Shown: positions 25,231 through 34,053 of the stretch, one piece after another | Position numbering within the stretch: the first letter of the stretch is position 1 | Layout: each line of letters begins with the position of its first letter | Assembly (NCBI GenBank): GCA_020718045.1 | Contig: DYDD01000003.1 | Coordinates: forward strand, 21,687 to 58,857 | Source of the DNA: Fibrobacter sp. | GTDB taxonomy: Bacteria > Krumholzibacteriota > Krumholzibacteriia > LZORAL124-64-63 | Direction of reading: 5' to 3' | DNA length: 37,171 bases | The notes under the pieces: model-generated | Told to the model about the DNA's origin: nothing | The model's input: only the letters and a program-made list of their open reading frames with translations | Databases searched by the model: none | Position numbers and translations under genes: made by a program

Positions 25231-26106
25231 ATGATATCCCCCATGAAGGATTTCGCCAGATTCGACCCCCAGCGGTTCAGCTGGAAACGCGTCTTTCTGC
25301 TGGTGGCGGCCGTTCAGCTCGTGCTGATCGTCACCCTGGTGGTCTACTGGCGCTGGTTCCGCGCCGAGTTCTTCCCCTACCCGATCAACGAGGACGGCAC
25401 CGTCACCGTCGCCGGCGGCGAGCAGCCCTTGCTGGTGGGTTACGGCGCGCTGATCCCGCCGCCGTGGACCTTCACGGGCGTCGGCACGGATACCCTGTAC
25501 CTGGCCGGGATGCCGTTCGAGCCCATGCTGAGGCCCGATCCCGCCGACGGGCTGCCCATGCCGATGAGCGACCGGCTGCGCACGGTGCAGATCATGCTCG
25601 AGGAGGCGGAGGCGGCCTACCAGACCGCGGACGGCAAGGAAGACGGGATGCGGCTCTTCGCCGCCGAACTGGAGAAGTCGCTGGGCACGGTGCTGGAGAC
25701 GGTGATCCTGGACGTGCCGGGCGAGCTGCTGGTCTGCCGCTTCGTGGGCGACCTGCCCGAGATCACGGTGAACTTCGTGCACGAGCCGCACTGGATCGAA
25801 CCGCGGGAGGCGCTGCGCCACCGCCAGTACGACGCGATGCGGGTCTTCATCGAATGGATGTCGGCGACGCCGGACGGCGTGTTCGGTTTCGGCGAGCGCC
25901 ACATCGTGGTGTCCGACGATCCCGACGCCCGCGCCGAGCACCTGCGGGTGCTGCAGGCCCTGCGGGGCGTCAGCACCGGGATGCGCCGCGTCCCGACGTC
26001 GGACGACGTGCGCCACGCGCTCGCCGACGACGCGCTCTGCGACAAGTACGACGGCCTGATCCAGGACTACCTGTCGTTCCGGGCCGCCGGCACCGTCACG
26101 CGCTAG
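25231..26106 (+). CDS. single-pass membrane-anchored hypothetical protein
   Basis: ATG is at 25231 (alternative 25243). The TM helix is VFLLVAAVQLVLIVTLVVYW. Third-position GC is high throughout. No family is recognised. The 3' end overlaps the convergent ATPase gene by 11 bp. Confidence 0.6.
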   Translation: MISPMKDFARFDPQRFSWKRVFLLVAAVQLVLIVTLVVYWRWFRAEFFPYPINEDGTVTVAGGEQPLLVGYGALIPPPWTFTGVGTDTLYLAGMPFEPMLRPDPADGLPMPMSDRLRTVQIMLEEAEAAYQTADGKEDGMRLFAAELEKSLGTVLETVILDVPGELLVCRFVGDLPEITVNFVHEPHWIEPREALRHRQYDAMRVFIEWMSATPDGVFGFGERHIVVSDDPDARAEHLRVLQALRGVSTGMRRVPTSDDVRHALADDALCDKYDGLIQDYLSFRAAGTVTR

Positions 26107-28600
26107 CTCGCCAGCTCGCGGGCGCGCGCAGCGCCGCGGTACGGCCCCCCGCTTCCCGCACGGAGAACTCCCAGAACGGGACCCAGGTCAGGGCGACGAG
26201 GTCCACCCGCACATCGGTGCGGCGCGGCTTGATCGCCACGGCCGCGATCTCCTTCGCCGCGGCGTCCCAGCGGTCCGCGACCGCGGCCGCTTCCCGCGCG
26301 AGCTGCGCACGCAGCTCGGCGATCTCCCGCTCCAGGCCGGTGACCATCCGCTCCGTTTCCGCGATGTCCATCCGGGCGCTGTCGGTCAGGTGACGCTTGC
26401 GCGCCGCCGCCGCCAGGCCGGTGCGCCGCCGCCCGCCGAACGCGCCGAGCATGCCGGCGAGCGTCTCGCCCGCCGACAGCAGCTCCTCGCGCTGGCGCGA
26501 GGCGTGGTCGGCCCGGTCCTGCGACAGCTCCGCCTGTTCGCGCTCCAGCCTGGCCGTCAGGCGGGCCAGCGCCGTCTCGGCCTTCGTCCGCAGCTTGTCG
26601 ACGTCGGCGTCGCGGCGCTCGCGGGCCGCGAGCAGCGCGCGACCGGTGAACGCCGCGGTCGACTCGCCGGGCCGGCCGTGGAGGTCCAGGGCGGGGCAGT
26701 GGGGCAGGGACAGTTCGCGGTCATGGTAGAGGTGGTCGGCGAAGTCCTTCGCCGCCGCCTTGTAGACCGCCGCCGCGCTCCAGCCAGCGGGCAGCGGCGC
26801 GAACAGGGCGCCGGCCTCGGGACCGGCGGCCAGGGCGCCGGCTACGAGCGCCGTGGGCTCGGCTTCGCGCCAGCGGATCATCGCGCCGGCGTCCCGCATC
26901 CCCGCCAGCAGGCCGACGGCCTGCTCCGCGTCCACGCCCAGCCTGCGGTCGACGAAGGCGACGCGACCGAAAGCTCCGAGCCGCGGCTCGTAGACCAGCA
27001 TCGCGTCGGCGACGTCCAGGTGCCCGCGCTCCGCTTCTAGAGCGGCCAGGGCCGCCTCGCGGGACAGGGTCGCGGGTGCCCAGGACTGTGGCACGGCGGG
27101 TGGCAAGGGTGGTGGGATGGCGAGGGGGGGCGCGGAATCACCGGGCGTCGTCGCGGCGGTCACCGCCGGAACCGGCGCCGCGGCGGTTGTCGTGTCGGTC
27201 GTCGCGCCCCGCGTGAGCGAGCGGATCTGGTCGCGTGTCAGGGGACCGCGCAGGTAGCTCATCGCCCAGCGCGTCTGCATCAGGACCGGCCCGTCGGCGT
27301 GCGTGTCGTGCAGCAGGAAGACGCGCTCGCCCAGGCCCGACAGCAGCGCGTCGGCCGTCTTGCGGTCGAAGCCGCCGGCCGCCGAGGCGAGCCCGTCGAG
27401 CACGCGCAGCTTGTCGCGCTCGGTCTGCAGCTTGCCCAGCAGCCAGATGCCGGCGTTCCCGAGCGCCTTGTAGTCCAGGTCGACGGGGTTCTGGGTGGTC
27501 AGCACCACGCCCAGGCCGCAGGCGCGGGCCTGCTTCAGCAGGGTCAGCAGGGGCTTCTTGCTGGGCGGCGCGGCCGTCGGCGGCAGGTAGCCGAAGACCT
27601 CGTCCATGTAGAGCAGCGCCCGCAGGCTGGTGGTGCCCGGCTGACGGCGCATCCAGGCGACGACCTGCTCCAGCAGGAGCGTCGTGAAGAACATGCGCTC
27701 GGCGTCCTGCAGGTGTGCGATGGAGAAGATGGCGTGGCGCGGCCGTCCGTCCGGTGCCCGCAGCAGCGCGTCGACGTCCAGCGGCTCGCCCTGCAGCCAG
27801 GACGCGAACGACGGCGCCGCGACGACCGCGTTCAGGGCCATGGCCAGCTCGAAGCGCTCCTGCGGCGGGAAGAAGACGTCCACGTCGAAGACGCCGAGCT
27901 TGTCCACGGGCGGTTTCTGCACCGCCGTGATCAGCTGCACCAGGTCCAGGTCGCGGCCCGCGCGCCAGGCGTGCTCGAAGATCGTCGAGAGCAGGATGTG
28001 CTCGCGGCCGCGCAGGGGGTCCGCCTCGACGCCGGCCAGGCCGAGCAGGGCGCCGACGGTGCCCGCGATCTGCTCGCGGCGGGCCTCCTCGTTCCCCTCC
28101 CAGCCGCCGACGGGCGCGCGTAGCGAGGCGAGGATAGACACCGGGGTGCCCGCGTCCGAGCCCGGGGTGTAGATGCGGAACTCGGCGCTCGCCTTCAGGC
28201 GGCGGATGCGGTCGGCATCCTGGTCCCAGGCGGCAAGCCCCTCGCGCCAGGCGGTCGCCGTGGCGGCGGCGCATTCCTGCGGGGTCTGGCCCTTGCGACG
28301 CGCGTCGTCGGGGTTGACCCAGGGCAGGAAGTCCTCGGGCCGCAGCTCGGGGAAGGTGAGCAGCAGGTTGGCGAGGTCGCCCTTGGGATCGATGATGATC
28401 GCCGGCACGCCGTCGAGCGCCGCTTCCTCGAGCAGGGCGATGCACAGCCCGGTCTTGCCCGAGCCGGTCATGCCCACGCAGACGGCGTGGGTCGTCAGGT
28501 CGCGGGCGTCCAGCTGCAGGTGCGCGCCGGGCTTCACGCCGGCGACCGGATCGCATTCCTTGCCGAGGTAGAAGGCTCCGAGCCGCTCGATCGGTGGCAT
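26096..28600 (-). CDS. HerA/FtsK-like (DUF87-type) P-loop ATPase with a long coiled-coil C-terminal extension
   Basis: Walker A is VGMTGSGKTG (28451-28474), followed by IIIDPKGDLANL. Walker B is LLYMDEVFGY, with VLTTQNPVDLDYKALGNAGIWLLGKL. A Thr/Ala/Pro-rich linker follows at about aa 455-500, then Arg/Glu/Ala heptad-like coiled-coil segments. GGGAG SD is present, and the start lies 15 nt after the M29 gene stop. Confidence 0.85.
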   Translation of the reverse strand: MPPIERLGAFYLGKECDPVAGVKPGAHLQLDARDLTTHAVCVGMTGSGKTGLCIALLEEAALDGVPAIIIDPKGDLANLLLTFPELRPEDFLPWVNPDDARRKGQTPQECAAATATAWREGLAAWDQDADRIRRLKASAEFRIYTPGSDAGTPVSILASLRAPVGGWEGNEEARREQIAGTVGALLGLAGVEADPLRGREHILLSTIFEHAWRAGRDLDLVQLITAVQKPPVDKLGVFDVDVFFPPQERFELAMALNAVVAAPSFASWLQGEPLDVDALLRAPDGRPRHAIFSIAHLQDAERMFFTTLLLEQVVAWMRRQPGTTSLRALLYMDEVFGYLPPTAAPPSKKPLLTLLKQARACGLGVVLTTQNPVDLDYKALGNAGIWLLGKLQTERDKLRVLDGLASAAGGFDRKTADALLSGLGERVFLLHDTHADGPVLMQTRWAMSYLRGPLTRDQIRSLTRGATTDTTTAAAPVPAVTAATTPGDSAPPLAIPPPLPPAVPQSWAPATLSREAALAALEAERGHLDVADAMLVYEPRLGAFGRVAFVDRRLGVDAEQAVGLLAGMRDAGAMIRWREAEPTALVAGALAAGPEAGALFAPLPAGWSAAAVYKAAAKDFADHLYHDRELSLPHCPALDLHGRPGESTAAFTGRALLAARERRDADVDKLRTKAETALARLTARLEREQAELSQDRADHASRQREELLSAGETLAGMLGAFGGRRRTGLAAAARKRHLTDSARMDIAETERMVTGLEREIAELRAQLAREAAAVADRWDAAAKEIAAVAIKPRRTDVRVDLVALTWVPFWEFSVREAGGRTAALRAPASWRASA

Positions 28601-28615
28601 GGTCGCGCTCCCGCG

Positions 28616-29611
28616 CTAGAGGACGAACTGGCCGTCGCGCATCAGTTGACGGTGCGATCCGTCCTCGTAGACGACGTCCATCGACGGCGTGTGGAACAGG
28701 TAGTCGATGTGGACACGCGAGCGGTTGCGGCCGCCGGGCATGTCCTCGTTGCTGCCGAAGGCGATGTGCGCCGTGCGCAAGGCCTTCTCGTCCTCCAGCA
28801 TGCAGCCGACCAGGCGGGCGCCCGGGTTCAGGCCGATGCCCAGCTCGCCAACGACGTTCGCATGGTCGTCGGCCGCGCACAACGCCTCGATCTCGGTCCG
28901 CAGCGCGGCGTCGGCGCAGGCGACCCGCGTCACGCGCCCGCCGGACAGTTCCAGGGTGACCGGCGCCGCCGGCTTGCCGATGGCGCCGATGGGACCGTCG
29001 GCCACCAGCACGCCCTCGCCCTCGGTCTCGATCGGGGCGCAATAGACCTCGCCGCAGGGCAGGTTGACGCCGACGTCGACGGTCGCGTGCACGTCGGACT
29101 GGAACGGCCGCCCGCGCAAGCCCAGCACCAGGTCGGTGCCGCCGGGGGCGGTGATGCGGACCGAGACGGCGTCGCGCAGGTTGTCGATCAGCCGGTCGGC
29201 ACGCGCGCGCATGGCCGCGTAGTCCACGGCCAGCGGGCCGTCGTCGAGCATCGCCTCGGTGATGCCGGGCGCGTGGCCGAGGCGGATCCGCTGCGTGGCT
29301 TCGATGGCGCGGATCCAGGCGATGCGGAAGGGCACCTCGGCATTCGCCGCGGAGAAGGCGTTGATCACCACCGTGCGGCCGGCGAGGCGGTCGATCATGC
29401 CCGCGGGCGGTGCGGCGTGGGGCCGGCCCTGTTCGGGGATCAGGTAGGTGTCGGTGTCGCAGCCCTCGGCTTCGGCCGTCGCGGCGAACACCTCGGCCAC
29501 GCCGCGGGTGACCGTGTCGGTGACGATCAGGACACGGTCGTGGCGCTTCAAGTCCAGCACGTGGGTCAGCGCGCTGCGCGCGGCGCGGACCCGTTCTTCG
29601 CGGTTCGTCAT
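28616..29611 (-). CDS. M29-family (aminopeptidase T/S-like) metallo-aminopeptidase
   Basis: Internal ATG at 29611 has GGGAGGG upstream. Metal-ligand contexts are NLPCGEVYCAPIE, VGELGIGLNP, TAHIAFG and RVHIDYLF. Confidence 0.85.
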   Translation of the reverse strand: MTNREERVRAARSALTHVLDLKRHDRVLIVTDTVTRGVAEVFAATAEAEGCDTDTYLIPEQGRPHAAPPAGMIDRLAGRTVVINAFSAANAEVPFRIAWIRAIEATQRIRLGHAPGITEAMLDDGPLAVDYAAMRARADRLIDNLRDAVSVRITAPGGTDLVLGLRGRPFQSDVHATVDVGVNLPCGEVYCAPIETEGEGVLVADGPIGAIGKPAAPVTLELSGGRVTRVACADAALRTEIEALCAADDHANVVGELGIGLNPGARLVGCMLEDEKALRTAHIAFGSNEDMPGGRNRSRVHIDYLFHTPSMDVVYEDGSHRQLMRDGQFVL

Positions 29612-29853
29612 CGTCGCCCTCCCGGCGGGTGGTGGGCTCCCTCGCGCGCAAGATGGGCATTTCCCCGCGTCTTGTCCAGCGGCGGCCGCCGGCGGTGGGT
29701 GCCGGAAGCGGACCGGCCGCGATCCCCGTCCTTGGGAAGCGCGGCCGGCGATGACACGTGTCGGGTGGACCATAGCAGATTCCGGATGCGCCGTGCGTGC
29801 AATCTTGCGTCGGCGGGCGGGCGGGTCCAGGATGGGGAGCGGGAGGATCCGAA

Positions 29854-30618
29854 ATGAGCGTCGACCCGCACGCCGACCGCGAACGCCGCCTGCATTTCCT
29901 GGACCGCCGCCTCGCCGCCGCGCAGAAGCGGTGGTCGCTGTTCGCCGACGGGGACCGTGTCCTGCTCGGCCTGTCCGGCGGCATGGACAGCGTGACCCTG
30001 CTGCACCTGCTCGCGCGTCGGCGCCGCGCCGCGCCCTGCGGGTTCGCGCTGGCCGCGATGCACGTGGAGTTCCCGGAAGCGGAGGGACGCGCGGAGCGCC
30101 GCCGGCGGCTGGAGGATCTCTGCGCCGGTCTGGACGTGCCGCTGGCGATCGCGGCGGCCGATCCGGATCCCGGGCCGCCCGCGGGCGTGCGGCCGGCCCA
30201 CCCCTGCTTCCGCTGCGCCCGCGAGCGGCGGCGGTTGCTGTTCACGCACGCCGTAGAGCACGGCTTCGGCAAGCTGGCGCTGGGCCACCACCTGGACGAC
30301 GCCGCCGAGACGGTCCTGATGAACCTGCTGTTCAAGGGCGGGCTGGAGGGGCTGCCGCCGCGCCGCGACTTCTTCGACGGGCGCGTGGCGCTGGTCCGCC
30401 CCCTGCTGCTGGCCGAGAAGGCCGAGATCGCCCGCGCCGCGGCCACCCTCGATTTCCCCTTCGTGCCCTGCCTCTGCGACCGCGCGGCCGGCGGCCTCGG
30501 TTCCGAACGCGACCGCGCCCGCGATTACCTGCGCTCGCTGGGCCGCAACGCCCGCACCGCCAAGCGGCACCTGCTGCGCGCCTCGCTGAGGGAGCGCCCG
30601 CCCGAGGTCCGGCCCTGA
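29854..30618 (+). CDS. ttcA: PP-loop ATPase, TtcA-like tRNA 2-thiocytidine synthetase family
   Basis: ATG at 29854 has GGGAGGA upstream. The PP-loop is LSGGMDS. Cys motifs are PCFRCARERRRLLF and VPCLCD, with GHHLDDAAETVLMNLLF. TilS-like is the alternative assignment. Confidence 0.75.
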   Translation: MSVDPHADRERRLHFLDRRLAAAQKRWSLFADGDRVLLGLSGGMDSVTLLHLLARRRRAAPCGFALAAMHVEFPEAEGRAERRRRLEDLCAGLDVPLAIAAADPDPGPPAGVRPAHPCFRCARERRRLLFTHAVEHGFGKLALGHHLDDAAETVLMNLLFKGGLEGLPPRRDFFDGRVALVRPLLLAEKAEIARAAATLDFPFVPCLCDRAAGGLGSERDRARDYLRSLGRNARTAKRHLLRASLRERPPEVRP

Positions 30619-30623
30619 ACGGG

Positions 30624-30658
30624 ACCGGCCGCGGCTCCACCCGGGGACCGCGGCCGGT
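30624..30658. terminator. hairpin between convergent genes
   Basis: An 11-bp perfect stem, ACCGGCCGCGG (30624-30634) / CCGCGGCCGGT (30648-30658), has a 13-nt loop and lies between the stops at 30618 (+) and 30689 (-). There is no clear U-tract. Confidence 0.45.
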
Positions 30659-30688
30659 GTTCGCTCCGGCGGAGACCGGACGGACCGC

Positions 30689-31816
30689 CTAACGGGCCGC
30701 CCTGGCGGCGATCGCCGCGGCCATGTCGGTCGTGGTCGAGTCGCCGCCCATGTCGTAGGTGCGGACCTGGCCCTCGGCGATGACCTCGGCGACGGCCCGC
30801 TCCAGCCGCGCCGCCAGGTCCTTCTCGCCCAGGTGGTCGAGCATCATCTTGGCCGACAGGATCATGGCGATCGGGTTGACCTTGTTCAGGCCGACGTACT
30901 TCGGGGCCGAGCCGTGGCTGGGCTCGAAGATCGCGACCTCGTCGCCGATGTTGGCCGAGCAGGCGAAGCCCAGCCCGCCCACCAGCTGGGCGCACAGGTC
31001 GCTGATGATGTCGCCGAACATGTTGCTGGAGACCAGGACGCCGTAGTCCTGCGGGTTCTTGATCAGCCACATGCACATCGCGTCGATGTTGGTCTCCCAC
31101 AGCGCGATGCCGGGGAACTCCTTGGCGATCTTGCGGGCCTCGCGGACCATCAGGCCCGAGGTCTCGCGCACCACGTTCGGCTTCTCGACCACCGTGACGG
31201 ACTTGTAGCCGAACTTCTGCGCGTACTCGAAGGCGTCGCGCACGATCTGCTCGCAGCCCTTGCGCGTGAAGATGCGGCAACTGACCGCGATGTCCTCGTT
31301 GGCGCTCGCGTCCAGGCGCCCCATCTGCGCGGGATGGGTCTTCTTCATGGCGTCGCGGATCTCCTGCGGCAGGGGGTGCCACTCGACGCCCATGTACAGG
31401 TCCTCGGTGTTCTGGCGGAAGACCACCAGGTCGAGGTCCTCGCGGAAGTTCAGCGGGTTGCCCGCGTAGGCCTTGCAGGGGCGCAGGTTGGTCCGCAGGT
31501 TGAACTTCTGGCGCAGGCCGACGATGGGGCTGCGGTAGACGTGCCCCTGGCCCCTCAGCTCGGGGATCAGCTCCTGCTCCGCCTCCTCCTTCGGCTTGCT
31601 GGTGATGGCGCCGAACAGGGCGGCGTCCACGTCGCGCAGCATCGCGAGGGTGCGGTCGGGCAGCGGGTTGGCCTCGGTCCGCCAGATCTCCCAGCCGATG
31701 TCGCCGTGGATGTACTCGGCGTCGAAGCCCATCGCGTCCAGGACGGTCCTGGTCGCGTCCATCACGTCCACGCCCACGCCGTCGCCGGGCATCCAGCCGA
31801 TGCGGTACTTGGCCAT
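30689..31816 (-). CDS. isocitrate/isopropylmalate dehydrogenase-family oxidative decarboxylase
   Basis: AGGAGG SD is present. Signatures are VFRQNTEDLY, NMFGDIISD and EPSHGSAPK. The substrate (isocitrate, homoisocitrate or 3-isopropylmalate) cannot be assigned from the sequence alone. Confidence 0.9.
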   Translation of the reverse strand: MAKYRIGWMPGDGVGVDVMDATRTVLDAMGFDAEYIHGDIGWEIWRTEANPLPDRTLAMLRDVDAALFGAITSKPKEEAEQELIPELRGQGHVYRSPIVGLRQKFNLRTNLRPCKAYAGNPLNFREDLDLVVFRQNTEDLYMGVEWHPLPQEIRDAMKKTHPAQMGRLDASANEDIAVSCRIFTRKGCEQIVRDAFEYAQKFGYKSVTVVEKPNVVRETSGLMVREARKIAKEFPGIALWETNIDAMCMWLIKNPQDYGVLVSSNMFGDIISDLCAQLVGGLGFACSANIGDEVAIFEPSHGSAPKYVGLNKVNPIAMILSAKMMLDHLGEKDLAARLERAVAEVIAEGQVRTYDMGGDSTTTDMAAAIAARAAR

Positions 31817-31933
31817 CGCACGATCCTCCTGATATGGGGCGCTCGTCCTCGACGGCCCTCACCTGAAGGGACGCCGTCGAACGTGGTTGCCGTCTTCAAA
31901 GATATACGGGCGAGGCGGTCGCGAAAACCCGAA

Positions 31934-33316
31934 TCAGCGGCCGGACCGGTCGTTGCGGAAGGGCGGGGTCGCGGTGTCGGCGCTGGAAGCCGGGGCCGCA
32001 CGGCGGCCGGCGGCGATCTCGGCCTCCAGGATCCGGTGCAACCGCTGGATCTCGGGCGCCGCCGCCCGCGCGGTGTTGCGGGTCGCGAGGCGGATGTTCA
32101 CGGTCAGGGCGACCGCGACGAAGATCAGGGGGATGGCGAACGGGAGCCAGCGGCGGCGGCGATGGGCCCCCAGCAGGCGCACGCACCCCAGCGTGCCGGC
32201 GGCCAGGATCACGCAGAAGCCCACCGCGGCTAGGTAGAGGGCGCGCACGTTCAGCCACTCGCCGCTGCCGGCGATCAGCGCCGCCGGGATCACCGTGATG
32301 TACGTCCAAGCGATGAAGAAGCGCAGCGCCTTGCTGCCGAACAGGAAGCCGAAGAAGCTGAAGCTCACCAGCCCCAGGGAGACCAGGGTCCGCACCAGCA
32401 CGCGCCAGTCGTAGATGAAGCGCACGACGGGATGGGACGAGGTCACGAGATCGCTGACCTGAAGCGGGAACACCAGCAGGTTCAGGTAGCGGAAGATCGT
32501 CTTGAAAGCGTCCCAGGTGAATTCAGGCGCGCCCGGGCGGCCGTCGACGTGCACCGGCGGCTGTTCGTAACCCCACAGGACCTTCGCGACGTAGAACGAC
32601 ACGCCCACCGCGAGCAGGATCAGCAGGGACGGCGAGAGGACCGAGCGGCCGCCGCGCTCCCGGTAGAACAGGAGCTTGTAGACCAGCAGGCAGCCCAGGA
32701 GCGAGAACGAAGCCGGGCGCGTCAGCCCGGCCAGGACGAACACGGCGAGGCCGACCAGGAACCAGGGGGTCCTCAACCGCCCCCCGTGCCGGAAGTCGTT
32801 GCGGATCATGCAGTAGAGGACGACGAGGTAGAACAGCGCGATCAGCAGCGATTCCAGGCCGGCGAGGCTGAGCAGGCCCTTGCCGTAATGGCCGACCGCG
32901 AGGGCGAAGAGCAGCGACGATGTCAGCGCCATCCGCTCGTGTGGGAACAGCATGTTGACCAGCAGGTAGACCACGAAGGCGTTCAGACCGTGCACGGCGA
33001 GGTTGACGGCCAGGTAGCCCGCCGGGTCGTGCCCGAAGGCGCCGGACTCCAGCAGGAACACCACCTGCAGCAGGGGTTGGCTGAAGTACGTGCCGAGGTG
33101 GCTGAAATAGCCGGCCAGGTTGCCCTGCATGACGTGGGCGTCGCGGAGGATCTCGAAGTCGACGGGGTTCCACAGGGGCGTGTCCAGGACGTGGCGGAAC
33201 ACGGCGAACACGACCGCCTCGAGCAGCAGCAGGACCGACAGATGGTTCCAGGGTCGACGCATGGGGAGTCCTGTCCGCATTCCGCGTACGGTCTCGGTTC
33301 CGTCGCCCGCCATCAT
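31934..33316 (-). CDS. polytopic membrane protein, GT-C/PMT/TMTC-like fold (putative glycosyltransferase)
   Basis: There are about 11 TM segments. The N-terminal motif PLWNPVDFEILRD...AVNLAVHGLNAFVVYLLV resembles the membrane domain of PMT/TMTC-like proteins. The start is uncertain (ATG 33316, 33280 or 33262). Confidence 0.6.
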   Translation of the reverse strand: MMAGDGTETVRGMRTGLPMRRPWNHLSVLLLLEAVVFAVFRHVLDTPLWNPVDFEILRDAHVMQGNLAGYFSHLGTYFSQPLLQVVFLLESGAFGHDPAGYLAVNLAVHGLNAFVVYLLVNMLFPHERMALTSSLLFALAVGHYGKGLLSLAGLESLLIALFYLVVLYCMIRNDFRHGGRLRTPWFLVGLAVFVLAGLTRPASFSLLGCLLVYKLLFYRERGGRSVLSPSLLILLAVGVSFYVAKVLWGYEQPPVHVDGRPGAPEFTWDAFKTIFRYLNLLVFPLQVSDLVTSSHPVVRFIYDWRVLVRTLVSLGLVSFSFFGFLFGSKALRFFIAWTYITVIPAALIAGSGEWLNVRALYLAAVGFCVILAAGTLGCVRLLGAHRRRRWLPFAIPLIFVAVALTVNIRLATRNTARAAAPEIQRLHRILEAEIAAGRRAAPASSADTATPPFRNDRSGR

Positions 33317-33402
33317 GCTCTATGATGTGCCGTCGGGCAACCTCGGGTCGGGCCGGCAGTCATGCCGCCGGCCGGCCCCCACTTCATCGGCAGGAACCCC
33401 GC

Positions 33403-33972
33403 GTGCCTTACGTCTCCCGCGGCGGCGACAAGCTGGCCTGCGCCCTGGACGCCTTCGGGATCGACCCCGCCGGCCTGGTCTGCGCCGACCTGGGCTGCAG
33501 CACCGGCGGCTTCACCGACGTGCTGCTGCGGCGCGGCGCCCTGCGCGTCCACGCCGTGGACACGGCCTACGGGGTGCTGGACTGGCGCCTGCGCAGCGAC
33601 CCGCGCGTGGCGGTGCACGAGCGGACCAACGCCCTGCGCGTCGAACTGCCCGAGCCCGTCGCCCTGGTGGTCGTCGACGCCGGCTGGACGCGGCAGGAGC
33701 GGATCGTCCCGCGCGCGCTGGCCCTGCTCGCTCCCGGCGGGAGCGTCGTCAGCCTGATCAAGCCGCACTACGAGGCCCCGCCGTCGTCCCTGGTGGACGG
33801 CCGGCTGCCCCCGGACGAGTCCGCGCGCGTGCTGGACGGGGTCCTGGCGACCCTGCGCGGGCTGGCCCGCGTCGTGGCCGGCCCGGTGGCCTCGCCCGTG
33901 CCCGGCGGCAAGGGCGGCAACCTTGAGTTCCTGGTCCACCTGGCGGCGCGGGAACCCGCGGACCCGGCCTGA
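33403..33972 (+). CDS. tlyA: TlyA-like rRNA 2'-O-methyltransferase (FtsJ fold) lacking the S4 domain
   Basis: Signatures are YVSRGGDKLACALDAFGI and the SAM motif ADLGCSTGGFTDVLL, plus LIKPHYEA and GGKGGNLEFLVH. GTG at 33403 is the chosen start. ATG at 33322 or 33325 are longer alternatives. Confidence 0.8.
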   Translation: MPYVSRGGDKLACALDAFGIDPAGLVCADLGCSTGGFTDVLLRRGALRVHAVDTAYGVLDWRLRSDPRVAVHERTNALRVELPEPVALVVVDAGWTRQERIVPRALALLAPGGSVVSLIKPHYEAPPSSLVDGRLPPDESARVLDGVLATLRGLARVVAGPVASPVPGGKGGNLEFLVHLAAREPADPA

Positions 33973-34053
33973 ACCCGGCCGGTGGTTGCCACGGCCGGCC
34001 GTTCGGCCTACCCTGCCGCGATCGGATCCGCGAACCCCGACCCCGGAGTAGCC

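Noticed and set aside
26096-26106. An 11-bp overlap of the convergent 3' ends of the membrane protein gene (+) and the HerA-like gene (-). I considered this as a sign of a mis-called stop or a frameshift.
   Set aside because: Both frames keep strong coding bias up to their stops, and short convergent overlaps are common in compact genomes. There is no evidence of a pseudogene.
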